Source of the DNA: Camelus ferus
Taxonomy: Eukaryota
Reading direction: 5' to 3'
Assembly: GCF_009834535.1 (NCBI RefSeq)
Contig: NC_045696.1
Coordinates: 18,974,001 to 19,038,000, forward strand
Length of the DNA stretch: 64,000 nt
Numbering within the stretch: position 1 is the stretch's first letter; each line of letters starts with the position of its first letter. The position numbers were made by a program, and so were the translations under genes. Positions 26,606 through 38,572 of this stretch are shown in pieces. The notes under the pieces are model-generated. The model ran no database searches and was not told the DNA's origin. It saw only the letters and a list, made by a program, of their open reading frames with translations.

Positions 26606-27267
26606 AAATAAGAAGAGTGATTAAACTGAAAAATCAACCATATATAACATTTTAGGCATTCTATTATCCAAGAAAATATTGACATCAAAACTGCAGTATG
26701 TGAAAAAGGATATTCAGTATGAAAACACTAAATTTCAGAATCTAATCAATATCATTAAAATAATATTCAGCAGGAAAAAAGTCTCTATTTTAAACAAATA
26801 TTGCTGAGAGAGATGAGCAGAGAGAGAGAAAAATAATGTGAAAATAAACTATTGAACCCCATCATGTTTAAAAAATAAATTTGTATTTTAAGAGGAAAAT
26901 TAAGGAAATACAATTAAAACAAACTAGTCTTGATTTGGGACTAGCATATAAAAATAAAAATGTATATAATTGTGTAAATATAAATGTAAAACAAAAAATG
27001 CAAACACTGCAAGGTAACTTAATTTTTAAATTAGAAAAAAGCAAAGATGCACAAAATTACAATGAGAAGAGGGAGATAACTATAAACCCAATAAATCAAT
27101 TTATAAAATTAACTATGTTAACTAGATTTGCTGAATTAAAAATAAAACTACATCTGAATGTTTTTATGGCATCTTCCAGTTTCTAAAAAAAAAAAATATA
27201 TAATTAAACAAAATTTATCCAAGAAACATCCAGAAGAGAAGGAGAAATAAATGAAGTCAGATGTTGC

Positions 27268-27440
27268 TGTAATCCTTCAGTAGCTACTTTCTTCATGGTT
27301 TTAAGCTAAGCACAGAGTTGACTGGTATATAGATTACATTTCCCAGCCCCCCTTAAAGCTAGAAATAACCATGTAACTAGAAACCTGGACAGTGAATATT
27401 AGTAGGTTTCATGTGCAACATACAGAAAGTATCATGAAAG
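27268..27440 (+). mobile_element. 5' part of an old MaLR LTR (MLT1I/J-like)
   Basis: GATTACATTTCCCAGCCCCCCTTAAAGCTAGAAATAACCATGTAACTAG resembles MLT1I/J. Confidence 0.55.
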
Positions 27441-27443
27441 AAA

Positions 27444-27761
27444 GGTATCCGGAGGTGGGGTGTTTGGGAGGAAATTAGGTCAAGAGGGTGAAACCCTAAT
27501 GAAAGGGATTCATGTCCTTATAAGAAGAGACATGAGAGACTTTCTGTCTCTCCCACTCTCTCCATCTCTTTCTCTCTCATGTACGTATACAGCAAGAAGG
27601 CAGTCATCTGAAAGCCAGGACGAGGGCTCTAACCAGATGTTGGTCATTTTGGTACCCCAGGGTTGGACTTCCCAGCCTCTGGAACTGTGAGAAATCAATT
27701 TCTGTTGTTTAAGCCACCCAGTCCATTGTATTTGTCATAGCAGCTCTAGCTGACCAGTACA
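27444..27761 (+). mobile_element. MLT1A-like MaLR LTR lacking its 5' end
   Basis: GGAGGTGGGG..TTTGGGAGG..ATTAGGTCAAGAGGGTG and GGACTTCCCAGCCTCTGGAACTGTGAGAAATCAATTTCTGTTGTTTAAGCCACCCAGTC; ends GACCAGTACA. Confidence 0.85.
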
Positions 27762-30413
27762 ACTGGCCATTTCCTGATTAAGAGCACATTGTGGAGCCAG
27801 TCTACCTGAGGTTCTGTCTTGGTTCTTCTGCTTTTTGGCTTTTTTGTTTTATTGTATTTTTTTGGTGTGAAGGGGGTGCTGTTTCTCAGTTCATGTGTTC
27901 TTTATCATAGTCTGTGAAAAGTCTGGGAGCATAAATCAATGATGTTTCTTCCAATGATTGTGTTTTCTTTTGCCAGAGCCAGGGTAAAATTCTAGACCTA
28001 GGACCAGCTTGGGTCCCTTCCTTGTTCTCCTTAATCCGGAAAATATGCTGGTTTAAAATTCATTGATTTAACTATTGGCACTTGGCCTCAGAGAATCTCC
28101 TCCTCTTGCTAGTGACTTGTGCTTACTGTTCTGGGTCTGTTCTGTGGAATTTTTCTTTTTTCTTTTTCATTGGAGATGTCCTCTTCTAGCTTTGTCTGCA
28201 ATGCTATCTACACCCACACCCACACACACACACACATATACACACTTTATACAAGATCTATCTTAGAGCATGAAAAACTCACCCCTCACAGTATCTAAAT
28301 TCTACCTAATTTGTACTTTAACCTAATTTTAACTCATTTTACTATAATTTTATTATGTTGAAATAATAAAGAAATGATCATATTTTTGTTGTACAAGTTT
28401 TATAATCATCTACTGTGTTTTTGCTTCCATTTTTTCTTATTTTTTTCAGTAAAGTTTAAATCATTGCAAATACTTACATTTGCCGATTTTTTTTCGAGTC
28501 TTAAGTGATGAATTCATAAGGACAGAGGCTTATCTTGGGGTGGGAGAGTGAAGTATTGAGGTTAGTTTGGAAGTTCTACTCTTTAGTGATACGAGGGAGA
28601 GACAAAAAAACCAAATCAAACTGATTGTGGTACTCTTTTTACAGAACTTTTTCAAAAATATATTTTTGAAAAGTTCATCTTTACAAATGTTTAGGTGCTT
28701 TTTTGTTTTGTATTCTTAGGCTATAAATAAGCCTAATTACTCATTTAATTGATGGGTAATGAATTTTTTCCTTTATAGAGAAAAATAATAGCACATGTAA
28801 TCTTAGAGCTCAGTTCCTAATACTTTCTAATTGTAATTAGAGTATTCTACCTTCCAATATCATTAAAATAGAAGAAAAGCCTCATGTATTTCATCTGTTT
28901 TTAATTGCATTTTATTATACTTAGTAAGCCATAGTTTTCTCTCAATTTGATTTTTATAACACACATGTTATGATAAAAACCAATCATATTCAATGAATAA
29001 TAATGTACAGGAACCACTTTATATTGTCATTCTTTTAAAACTTAGTTTTACACATTCCCTATCTGAGTTTTACTGCAATTTTGAAAATTTGCAATACTTT
29101 ATGAAGTTTCAGATGTGCAGAGGCTAAGTCACGAAGCAAGTGTATATAGCAGAATTGGCTTTTGAATCTATTCAATGAGAATTGCTGAGCTCTTGTACCT
29201 TTCGGAGATACTTTGAAGGTTGCTCAAATTATTCATGAGAAAGAGGACCCAGATAAGGAGGTGGTTGAGACTGAAGTCCATCTGATGCTCTCTGCATCAA
29301 GCCACGACCCCCAACAAGTTGCCTTTGCTCAGGGTGTCAACTTTTCTGACTTGTTATCAAAAAAGTGAGAAACTGGCTGGTGGCAGTCCATGCCAATATG
29401 AATACTGTATTAGCATATCTTCTTAAGCTGCTCTACATTAGGAAGACTCCAAGAAGCTGTTCTTTATTATTAAATATATTTTACTTTATTTCCTTCATTC
29501 TCATGAACGAAAACTGGGCAACTTTGGTATAAAAAATATTCAGGCTTGAAAAATAATCATTTTGAAAAAATTACAGTAATAAGCTTTTAAATACTTTCCA
29601 GGTCCTTAATTTTATGAGAAATTTAGTTAAAGACATATACATGAAGTAAAGGGGGTTGTGGAGATAGGATTTCATTTAAATAATTAGGCTTTAGTTACAT
29701 GGATGCACGAACCCCATTTTCATTGCAGATTCTTTTATCCTTCAATGGGTATAAAAATTATAAATTCAGCAATGATAGCTGTCGCAACTACATAGACCAC
29801 CGAGACCTTGCCTCATTTTTATAAATTAGTTTTGTTTGCATTTCTTCTAGTTTTCACTTCTCTGAGACTAACGTCACATATTGAATATGTATTTATTTTA
29901 TTTTTGAGTATTTGAATAAGCACATGAATATCAGTTTTTGATGGGGTGTAGCAAATCATATATCCATTACAAATAATGAGTCGAAAATGACTTTTAATAG
30001 CATCTTATTCTAAGTAAAAACCTAATCATATTGTTAACTTTTTTAAACCACACAGAAGAGCAAATGCTCTAGTTATTCTGATGCCCTAATAAGAAAACTG
30101 ATTTGGCTCAGTTAAAATGGAGAAAAAGCTGGCAGCTACTGACATACGTCTGTGTTCTTCAAACGGCTGGAGATTCCGACCAGGAAATACTTATTTGCAT
30201 AGCCTTATCTCCTTAGTGCTGAATCCTCATCTATTTTGTTTTAGATATTGCCCTAATACAAAATATCAAAATTGTACCATGTAATTAAAATGCAGACTAT
30301 CCAAAAGGAAGAAAATATATTCATGTCCTGCAAGTATCAAAACAATAGTTTGAATTGGATATTCCCCTGAAAATATTTCTGATAAAAGAAGATCAAAAGT
30401 GAAACTGTTCTTA

Positions 30414-30418
<5 letters not shown>

Positions 30419-30462
<44 letters not shown>
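30419..30462. repeat. (TA)22 microsatellite
   Basis: Perfect TA run. Confidence 0.97.
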
Positions 30463-30466
<4 letters not shown>

Positions 30467-31399
30467 AATTCTGGAAAGTACTTTACAAGATAATTTACTC
30501 TAACCCTATTATTTCATTAACAGAGATTTAAAACTAACACTCAAATCAATAGAATTTTTAAGGCTAAATTTCAAAGATTTCTACCATGTAATTTTCTTAA
30601 GACATCAATGAAACTATGAATGACAATAAATTAATCATAAACTGACTAAAACTTATGTCAAAGAGAATTTGTTAGAAACATAGCTGAAACTGTACCTTCA
30701 TTAATATGATTTAAACAGGAAAGCATTAGAAGTTTTATAAAATATTTTCTGTTATTATTAACAAGCCTTTTATTTTGCTTCACTATTAAATAAAGGTGAC
30801 CAAAATATAAATGAACATAAAATTGAAGTTCCTCTTCAGTTCTTTGATATAGAAGTCAATACTTTGTCTCGTGACTGATTATATTATTCTGTCAATGTGA
30901 CTTTGGTTTAATCTCAGAACTATGATCTCTTTCCAAGTGTCCACAATAAGCTTTATCCATTTTTACAAAGAGGATATAAATTGGCAAAGAATAACTTGTT
31001 CAGATGTTCATAGGAGACATCTAACAGTGAGGAACTATTTCAGTAAAAACATTGCTTAAACCAGTGTATTCTCCACCCAGCAGAGGAAATTTCGCTGCCA
31101 ATCTATTTCTCTCCTATCAAGAAGAAATAAAAAAAATAGGCAGCTAGATGTGTTATGAATATTTTCTAGTTGTATTTTGTTCATTTTACTTGTTCCTAAG
31201 TAATAAACTTGAAAAATATACACTAGGATAGGTAAATTTGCAATGGTTTGCTCAAACTTGTACATATTTTTCAATTAAACAGTTTTACTTTTGAAGATGG
31301 TTTAGAGTTGTGAAAATGTCTAATTCCAAATACTATTTTTTATACAGTTAAGAGAAGAGGAAGACATTTCCTCCTTATTTAAAATTTAAATTTTCATTT

Positions 31400-31740
31400 T
31401 CAGTCTTTGCTTTAATTAAGAGTTCCTTGTTGCAAAAATAGAAAACTATTCTGGGTAACTCAATTAGATGAAAACATATTAGAAGGCCAGAAGATAGTTC
31501 TTCAAATATATGGAAAGGCCAAGAAGAGAACTGGAGAAATAGGGAAGAGCCTAGAGTGAGTCTAGGAAAGAAGGACACAGGTCTCCTGTTTTCCCAGTGA
31601 TGCCTATAGACTCAAAGACCCACGCAGAAATGTCTGATGGGTTGAGATTGTTTCTTTCGTGCTTGATCTAGCTCCCAGAATCTGTGCAGGACTGACTTGC
31701 CCACACTTTTTCTTTCAATAGGGATTCCTCAAAAATATAA
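31400..31740 (-). mobile_element. Possible old MaLR LTR (MLT1K/L/N-like)
   Basis: GAGTTCCTTGTTGCAAAAATAGAAAACTATTCTGGGTAACTCAA resembles an antisense MLT1 3' end. Confidence 0.45.
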
Positions 31741-32509
31741 AGAGAGTTCAAATTCTAGACAAATATTTACTTTAGTCTACTCCTTTAGAAATCTGGTATC
31801 AAAGAAACATTGGTTGGTGTACATACTCCTCTGAGAATCTGTTAAAACCGATCCTTGTCTGGTCAACATACATTTACTCCAAAAGGAAGCCCAGTCTCAT
31901 CAGTCATAGTAGCCAAATTCAAATTTAGGACTTCTGCTTTGGAATCATTTCTCCTATAATTTTCTTTTATCAATTATTAATATACTGTGATTTTGTGATC
32001 TGGGTTGATTTAACTATAAAGTTAATTACCCTTAAAGAATACGAAGTGCACAGTTGGTGGGGGGAATGGTGGAATGGAAGTATATAAAGAAATCTAATCA
32101 GTAATATTTTGAAGTGTTTTTGACATCATTAATATCTCATTAAATATCTCCATTGATTACACAAAAGCTATTATATTAAAAAAAAAAAAAAACTTCCTAT
32201 TAAAAACCGGAGCTCTTTGAAAGGCATGATTTGCAACCCTGGACTGGGTATAGTTCCACTTGTGCCATGATGATATCTCTTATAAAACTATAAAGTCTTT
32301 TTTTTTGGTAATTTCAGTGTAATTCTCATAAATATATTATTTAATCTTACTGTATTAAATTTACCATTTTAAATGGAAAATTAATTAGGGTTTGAAAACC
32401 AGACACCTGAAGCAAAATATGGAAACTTCTCCCTTGACCACAGGAATGGAAACAGAAAGAAAGAGGTAGAAAATTCAGTTTTTGTCACCGTATCGTCCCT
32501 ATCTTTTTA

Positions 32510-32700
32510 ATAAACTTTTTACTTTAGGATACATTTATACTTCCAGAAAAGTTACAAAGGTTATACTGAGAGATCTTAGGTCACCCTCTTCTAGTTTCCT
32601 CCATTGTTAACAACTTACATGACATGATTCATTGGTCAAACTCACTAATTCACTTGCTAAACTCACTTATTAGCTCTAGGAGTTTAGTCTAAGAAACTGA
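32510..32700 (-). mobile_element. L1MC-like 3' end fragment
   Basis: CAGAAAAGTTACAAAGGTTATACTGAGAG..TTCCTCCATTGTTAACAACTTACAT. Confidence 0.6.
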
Positions 32701-33261
32701 CCCTTTATACTACCATATTTTAAAGTTAAGATAATGTTTCTAATAATAGCAGGCATTTCATTCCTTTTCCCTTCCCCATAAGTTTTAAGAATCTACCTCT
32801 GCAGTACTGACTTGATTGATGTATTCGTACTGTTGAAATATGGTACTCTCTGCCAACAGTCATTGCCTACCATGTGTTGGGCAATGCTATAGCTAAAGCT
32901 GCTTCTGCAATCTCATATCATTTCTCAATATCTTACCATTTCCTTTTCTGGAGATGCTATCTCTTGCTTTCCAGATACACTGTGAACTTGGCACACAACA
33001 TCCTCCAAATCTATCAGTGCATTTTATACATAAACTCAATGTCAAGATTCCCTGCCTGCCTTTCAGCAGGCTACCAAGTAAGAGAGAGAAAACCAACTAT
33101 GATTTTTAAATGCAATTTTCTTGCACTAAAAACATAATAATTCTCACAATGGTTTAACTATTCTTATGGGAAATATCTTCACTAATCTTTTATAAACACT
33201 TGAAAATCAATATATATTCAGGATCATTCCATAAATAATAAATTAAAAATCCTATGCTACT

Positions 33262-33470
33262 GTGCCTCATCACAGCATGGTGACCTTGTGGTGGTCAGAT
33301 TTATATGACAGTTCTAGTTCCTAAAATTGAATGACCAAAAAGAACCATATGGAAGCTGTATGATGTATCCTCAGGAGTCACGGTATCATTTCTGTCATAC
33401 TCTATTGGTGAGGGAATTCACACATCTTCTCAAATTGAAGAGGTCTGGAACCAGAATCAGTTCTTTTAAT
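33262..33470 (-). mobile_element. MLT1G/H-like LTR fragment
   Basis: CACAGCATGGTGACCT..GGTCAGA, GGAAGCTGTA, GGAGTCACGGTATCATTTCTGTCATACTCTATTGGT. Confidence 0.6.
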
Positions 33471-35334
33471 AAGAACACACCTCTTAATTCTTTGCAGATA
33501 ACTTAGAAACGTGTTTTAAATATGCTCCCAATAAGGTGGTGTTTAATTACAAATTGTCTAAAATTCTAACTCAAAAAGCAATAACTTTCTTTCCTAACAA
33601 GGCATCAAAAACACAGAGTTTGGATCCAATTATTGAAAAGTCAGTTTCAGTGTATAGAGGCTCTTGACCGTTGGATTACCTGAATTTATTCCAATATAGT
33701 TATGTGTAACTTGTAACAACTATCATACCACACTTCTTTTAGCCATTCTTTGTTTTGTACCATATTTGTTCTATAGCAAAGGCAAATTTAGGATATGTAG
33801 CTTGTAATCATATCTGTGTTTTTATTGTATCAATCTAAATATATTTTTGTTTCTATATAGAACATAAAGTCATTTAAAAACTGTCTCATAACTTGGAAAT
33901 ATCATATATATACTTTTAAAGCAATAACTACTGCTTTAGAGAACAAAATCAAGAAATAGATCTATAAAGTTGCAGGTGGTTACCTGACTAACATCTATGG
34001 AGAGTCTGATTGAGATTTGGAAAGATCCTTTCCGCCACAAATCCCAAAGAACAGGTTACTTGACAACAGATTATTTAAAATAACACTTCAGCCACCCTAA
34101 AATGCTTTTAACTTTTATAAAATTGTAGCTGTTTGGGAAATAAAGTACTATATTAGATACTATTTTAAGAAACTTAATAACTTTTTTCTTGCTCATTGTC
34201 TCATTAATTTCAATTGATAACATTTTTGGTTTGTCACAAATATGTAATCATTTACTGAAAATGTTAGCAGTGATTAATAATACTCATTTAAGCCCATGAA
34301 GCATGTTGATTTCTTTAGAGCACTTTCTCACAATTCAGTAAATGATTTTTTTCTGCATTATTGGCAGATCTACATACATAATTATGTTTACTTAGCTGAT
34401 GAAATATCAGAACCTCAGCTAGGTTAAGTGACTTTGCCAGGATTTTCCTGTGACCAAGTGGGCCAGCTGGAACAGAATATTCAAAATCATAGACTTACAC
34501 TTTTCTCCATTCACATCTGTAAAAATAATGTGAAGTGTTTGACAAAATTAAATAAGATAAAGAATAGGAAAGATACAAAAGAATAGAAGACAGAAAAAAA
34601 GATTCATGGCATACAAAAGGCCTTAAGATCTGGTTAGGGGATAAAATAACCTTGTATGAGACTACTCTGGTTGCATTGAAAAATTTCCAACTCTCCAGAC
34701 CCACAGACTACTCTTTGTCACATCCACATTTTGGCAAAAGCCCTTCTTGCTCTCTGATAGGTATTTTTCCCCTTTTAAGATTTTTCTAAATGGCTCTCAT
34801 TCTTTAAAATTCACCTTACATGTCATTATCTTTCTCAATTTGGGGTCATTGTCATTCTTCTGTGTTCCTACAATAGCTTGAACATGTCTTGATATCTCTG
34901 CCAAGCAGAAGTCATGCTATTGGAGATCTTGCTAACTTGACTGGGGCTCCCTCACTAATCTACCAACGATTTGACAGCAAGATCTGTCTTTAAAGAGTAC
35001 TTTTTAATAGATTTCCTAGGCTTACCTAATCCATTAATTAGTCCATAGCTTATTCAGAATTACAGAGTTCCTAAATTGAAAAGGGACTTACATGTATTGA
35101 TGATGTCTTTATTTGGATACTGTCTTTGACTGTAAATAATTTGAAAGTTAAGTTAAAAGATACTTTGTTGTCTTATTTTTTTTTTCTTAAAGTCCTTGTA
35201 CTAATCAAAGATTAGGCATTTTAGTAGAATAAAGTATAGCTTATCAAATACCATGTGAGCATGTTTAAATTACACATTTAGAATTCCATTTGTTTTTCTC
35301 TCTTTATCCGTATAAAAATGCTGGATGCCTAAAA

Positions 35335-35430
35335 TGTATGTTTCCAGATTTATAAGAAAAAAGGAAAAGAAAAATAGGACAACCAATTAGATTTGAATTT
35401 CAGATAAACAGCAATTTTTATATAATTATT
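35335..35430. mobile_element. MER33-like hAT fragment
   Basis: CCAGATTTA..AAAATAGGACAACCAATTAGATTTGAATTTCAGATAAACA. Confidence 0.55.
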
Positions 35431-35469
35431 TTATGTTTGTACATAATTTATTACAAAGTATGTATTTTT

Positions 35470-36090
35470 TATTTTATTTTTACTTATTTACATTTAAAGT
35501 GTTTTTCTTGTAACAGCATCATTTTGTCTTCCTGTTTTTATTTAATATGATGATCTTTGACTTTTAAATGGGTTACTTATACTATTTACAATTAATTCAG
35601 TTACTGATGTGATTAAAGTCTATCATCTTTTTTTATTTTTTAATTTTATATTAGTCCTATCTGGTCTTTATTCCTCTTTTCTCTAGGTTTTTGTCTTCCT
35701 TCTTTGAATCAATATTTTTTTTTACAAGTCCATTTTTTCTCCTCTTTCCTTATTAGCTGTAACTCTTTAGATTGTTACTTTAGTGATTGTTTAAGGGTTT
35801 GCTGTATGCATTTTAACTTGTCACAGGCCACCTTTAATTGGTGCTATAGAACTTCACATATAATGTAAGTACTTTAATTTAATTTTTCCCCTTTAGGTCC
35901 TATGCTGTTACTGTCTTAACATTTTACTTATGTGTAGGCATATATTGTCACTGTGTTATTTTAATTTAAACAGCTATTTTTAAAAAGATTTAATAAGAAA
36001 ATGTCATATGTATAGTTATACATACAGATGTACTCATATATTTATCATTTCCAGTGTTCTACATTCCTTAGTATAGATCTGTATTTCCAT
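35470..36090 (-). mobile_element. Old L1M fragment (start of ORF2 and upstream region)
   Basis: TTTAAAGTGTTTTTCTTGTAACAGCAT..TCTTTGACTTTTAAATGG..TTTACAATTAAT; T-rich antisense L1 character. Confidence 0.6.
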
Positions 36091-36834
36091 AAGTAAAAAG
36101 ATCAGTTTTTCCCATGCTCATTTTGAAATGCCTTGGAGATGCCTCATAGATAGCCAGTTACGTATGTAACAGAAAGAAGCTATGACTGAAATAATTGTTT
36201 TAGGAGTAATAGGACTACGGTTTATTCTGTACAATAGAATAGAACACATGATTTCAGAAGATCTTTGAACTGTTTAAACAAAAGAAGAAATGTTAAGAAC
36301 TAGGCATTTATGTGCTTAAGAAATAAATGTTATAACTATAATAATTAACTTTATATATAATTACAAACCCATTTTTATATTTATGATGTTAGGATGACAT
36401 GTTAGTTCCATCCACAATTTTCTATAAGGATAAAGAGAGAAAAACAAATGGAATTCCAAATGGTTCCTCATATGCTAAATATAAAGATAGACAGAGTTGC
36501 TATAAGTGATAATTGATGCTGGAAATAACTCAGTCTTCTCAGAAACCGTAAAGATGTTTAATCTTGGAATTATACTTTGGTTTAAATTTAAGATAAAGAA
36601 ACGACTCTGTCACAAACAATATGCTGTGATTATCCGTTTTACATTTGTAAACTTATTTCTTTGAATTTTTTTATAATAGGTATATCTACTGAATTAATGC
36701 TTGTATTAGTTATTGGGGTTAGAGGTCTTGGGGGAGTAAAATATAAGTGAAAGAAAAGTGGGAAATTTAAATAGCCTTCATTAACTATAATTTAGTTGCT
36801 TTAGCCTGATTTTTTTTAACTCAATAATCACATT

Positions 36835-37138
36835 CTCAGTGTGGATACATATCTTAAACATAAAGATGAATAAAGTAACAGGACAAGAAGAGTACATAAA
36901 GTACAATTCCTATTGTATACATTTCAAAACCAGGCAAAACTATTCTATGTTGTTAGAAGTCAAAATGATGTTTATTCTTATCTGGGAAGTGAGTAGGGAA
37001 GTACTGGAAGAGGACAGGAGGAAAAAATTTGGAACTCCAGTAGTGATCTGTTTCTTGATTTGTATACTGGTAACAAGTGACTATTTGTAAAAATGCATCA
37101 CTAATAACATGTCAACTTTTCTACTGTATGTTACACAC
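36835..37138 (+). mobile_element. L1ME-like 3' UTR, continued after the MLT2 at ~37661-37678
   Basis: TTCAAAACCAGGCAAAACTATTCTATGTTGTTAGAAGTCA, TCTGTTTCTTGATTTG, TGTATGTTACAC; AATAAAAG resumes after the LTR. Confidence 0.75.
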
Positions 37139-37660
37139 TGTGGTGGTGAATTTTTTCTGTCAACTTGACTGGATCATAGGGTGCCAGATATTTGACTAAA
37201 CAGCCTTCCTGAGTGTGTCTTTAAGGGTGTTTGTGGAAGAAATGAACATTTGAATCCGGAGACTCCTAAAGCAGTTTGCCTTCTGAATGTGGGAGAGCAT
37301 CACCCAGTCCCAGCCCAGGGCCTGAATAAGCCAAAAAACAGGGAAAGGAAGAATTCCCTCCTTTCTGACCGATGGCTTGAGGTGGGTCACAAATCCTCTC
37401 TTGTCCTCAGCACTCCTGGTCCTCAGGCTTTCAGACCCAGGCTGGAATCTCCACCATCAGCCTCCCTGGTTCCCAGGCCTTAGGACTTGCACTGAATTAC
37501 ACCACTGGATTTCTGCGTTTTTAGCTTGCAGATGGCAGACGGTAGGCCTCTCAGCCTCCATGATTGCATCAGCCATTTCTTAACTTAACTCTCTTCATCT
37601 GTATATATATACATATATATTTTATTAATCCTATTTCTCTGGAAAACTCTGACTAACACA
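37139..37660 (+). mobile_element. MLT2D-like ERVL solo LTR
   Basis: Starts TGTGGTGGTGAATTTTTTCTGTCAACTTGACTGG; internal CTCCTGGTCCTCAGGCTTTCAGAC and AGCTTGCAGATGGCAGA; ends TTTCTCTGGAAAACTCTGACTAACACA. Confidence 0.9.
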
Positions 37661-37989
37661 AAAATAAAAGTTTAAAAGATTCTTAATCCAAATACTGAGA
37701 AGCGTTATAAGATGTAAAAATATTACCATGTCTTTGATTACCCTCCATCTGCCAGTTAACTTAAAGCAAAAGATTCTATCATAACCTATTTCTGTGATGT
37801 TCCTAATCTCCTTTTGCAGCCTAAGGGGCTTCTCAAACCTGTGCTGAAAACAAAACAAAACAAAGCAAAACATTTTCTATGTTTGTACCAAAGACCCAAA
37901 CCTAGGAAGCATATTTTCTCCACTCCTAATATGCCAGTGTCTTAATAATTTCACCAACAGAGCACATGGTAAATTCGACTGCTTCTTTC

Positions 37990-38572
37990 TGTCACTACTC
38001 CTGGAATCCAAAATCAAGCCTGCTAACACCAGTCGAGAAACTGCTGCTATAAGCTCAATTTTTCCTCCTTGTTTTAAATGTTTATGTTCTAAAGTCCACT
38101 GTCTGCACAACCAGAATGATATTTTTTCCCTGTGTCACTTTACTGTCTAAAACTCTTAGATGACTTCACATTATACACGGAATAAAATGTACACTGGGAT
38201 TAAAAATTACTTCTCTGCCCTGTCTATCACTGTGACAGTACCTTGAAAAGTGCCAGTCAGGCTTTAGTGTCTTGGTTCTAAACATATATGCCTGGAGTGA
38301 ACAGCCCCCAAGCCTCAATATTTTCTTCTTATTCTTAAGATGTCCATGAGATTTTAATACTTAAGTTATCCACCATGTCTCTATCACTTCTCCCTATATT
38401 AATTCTCCTTACTCCTAAGATCTATTCATTTGTTTACTATTTGTCTCAAACCAGTAGAATTTAAGTCCTAAAAGAGCCATGACTTTGTCTGTCTCACTTA
38501 CTGTTATAGGCAAAATATTTTTAAAAACTAATACATGGAATATAGTAGATGTTCAATGAAAGAATGGATAAA
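37990..38572 (+). mobile_element. L2 3' fragment
   Basis: TAGAATTTAAGTCCTAAAAGAGCCATGACTTTGTCTGTCT..ATAGTAGATGTTCAATGAAAGAATGGA resembles the L2 tail. Confidence 0.6.
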
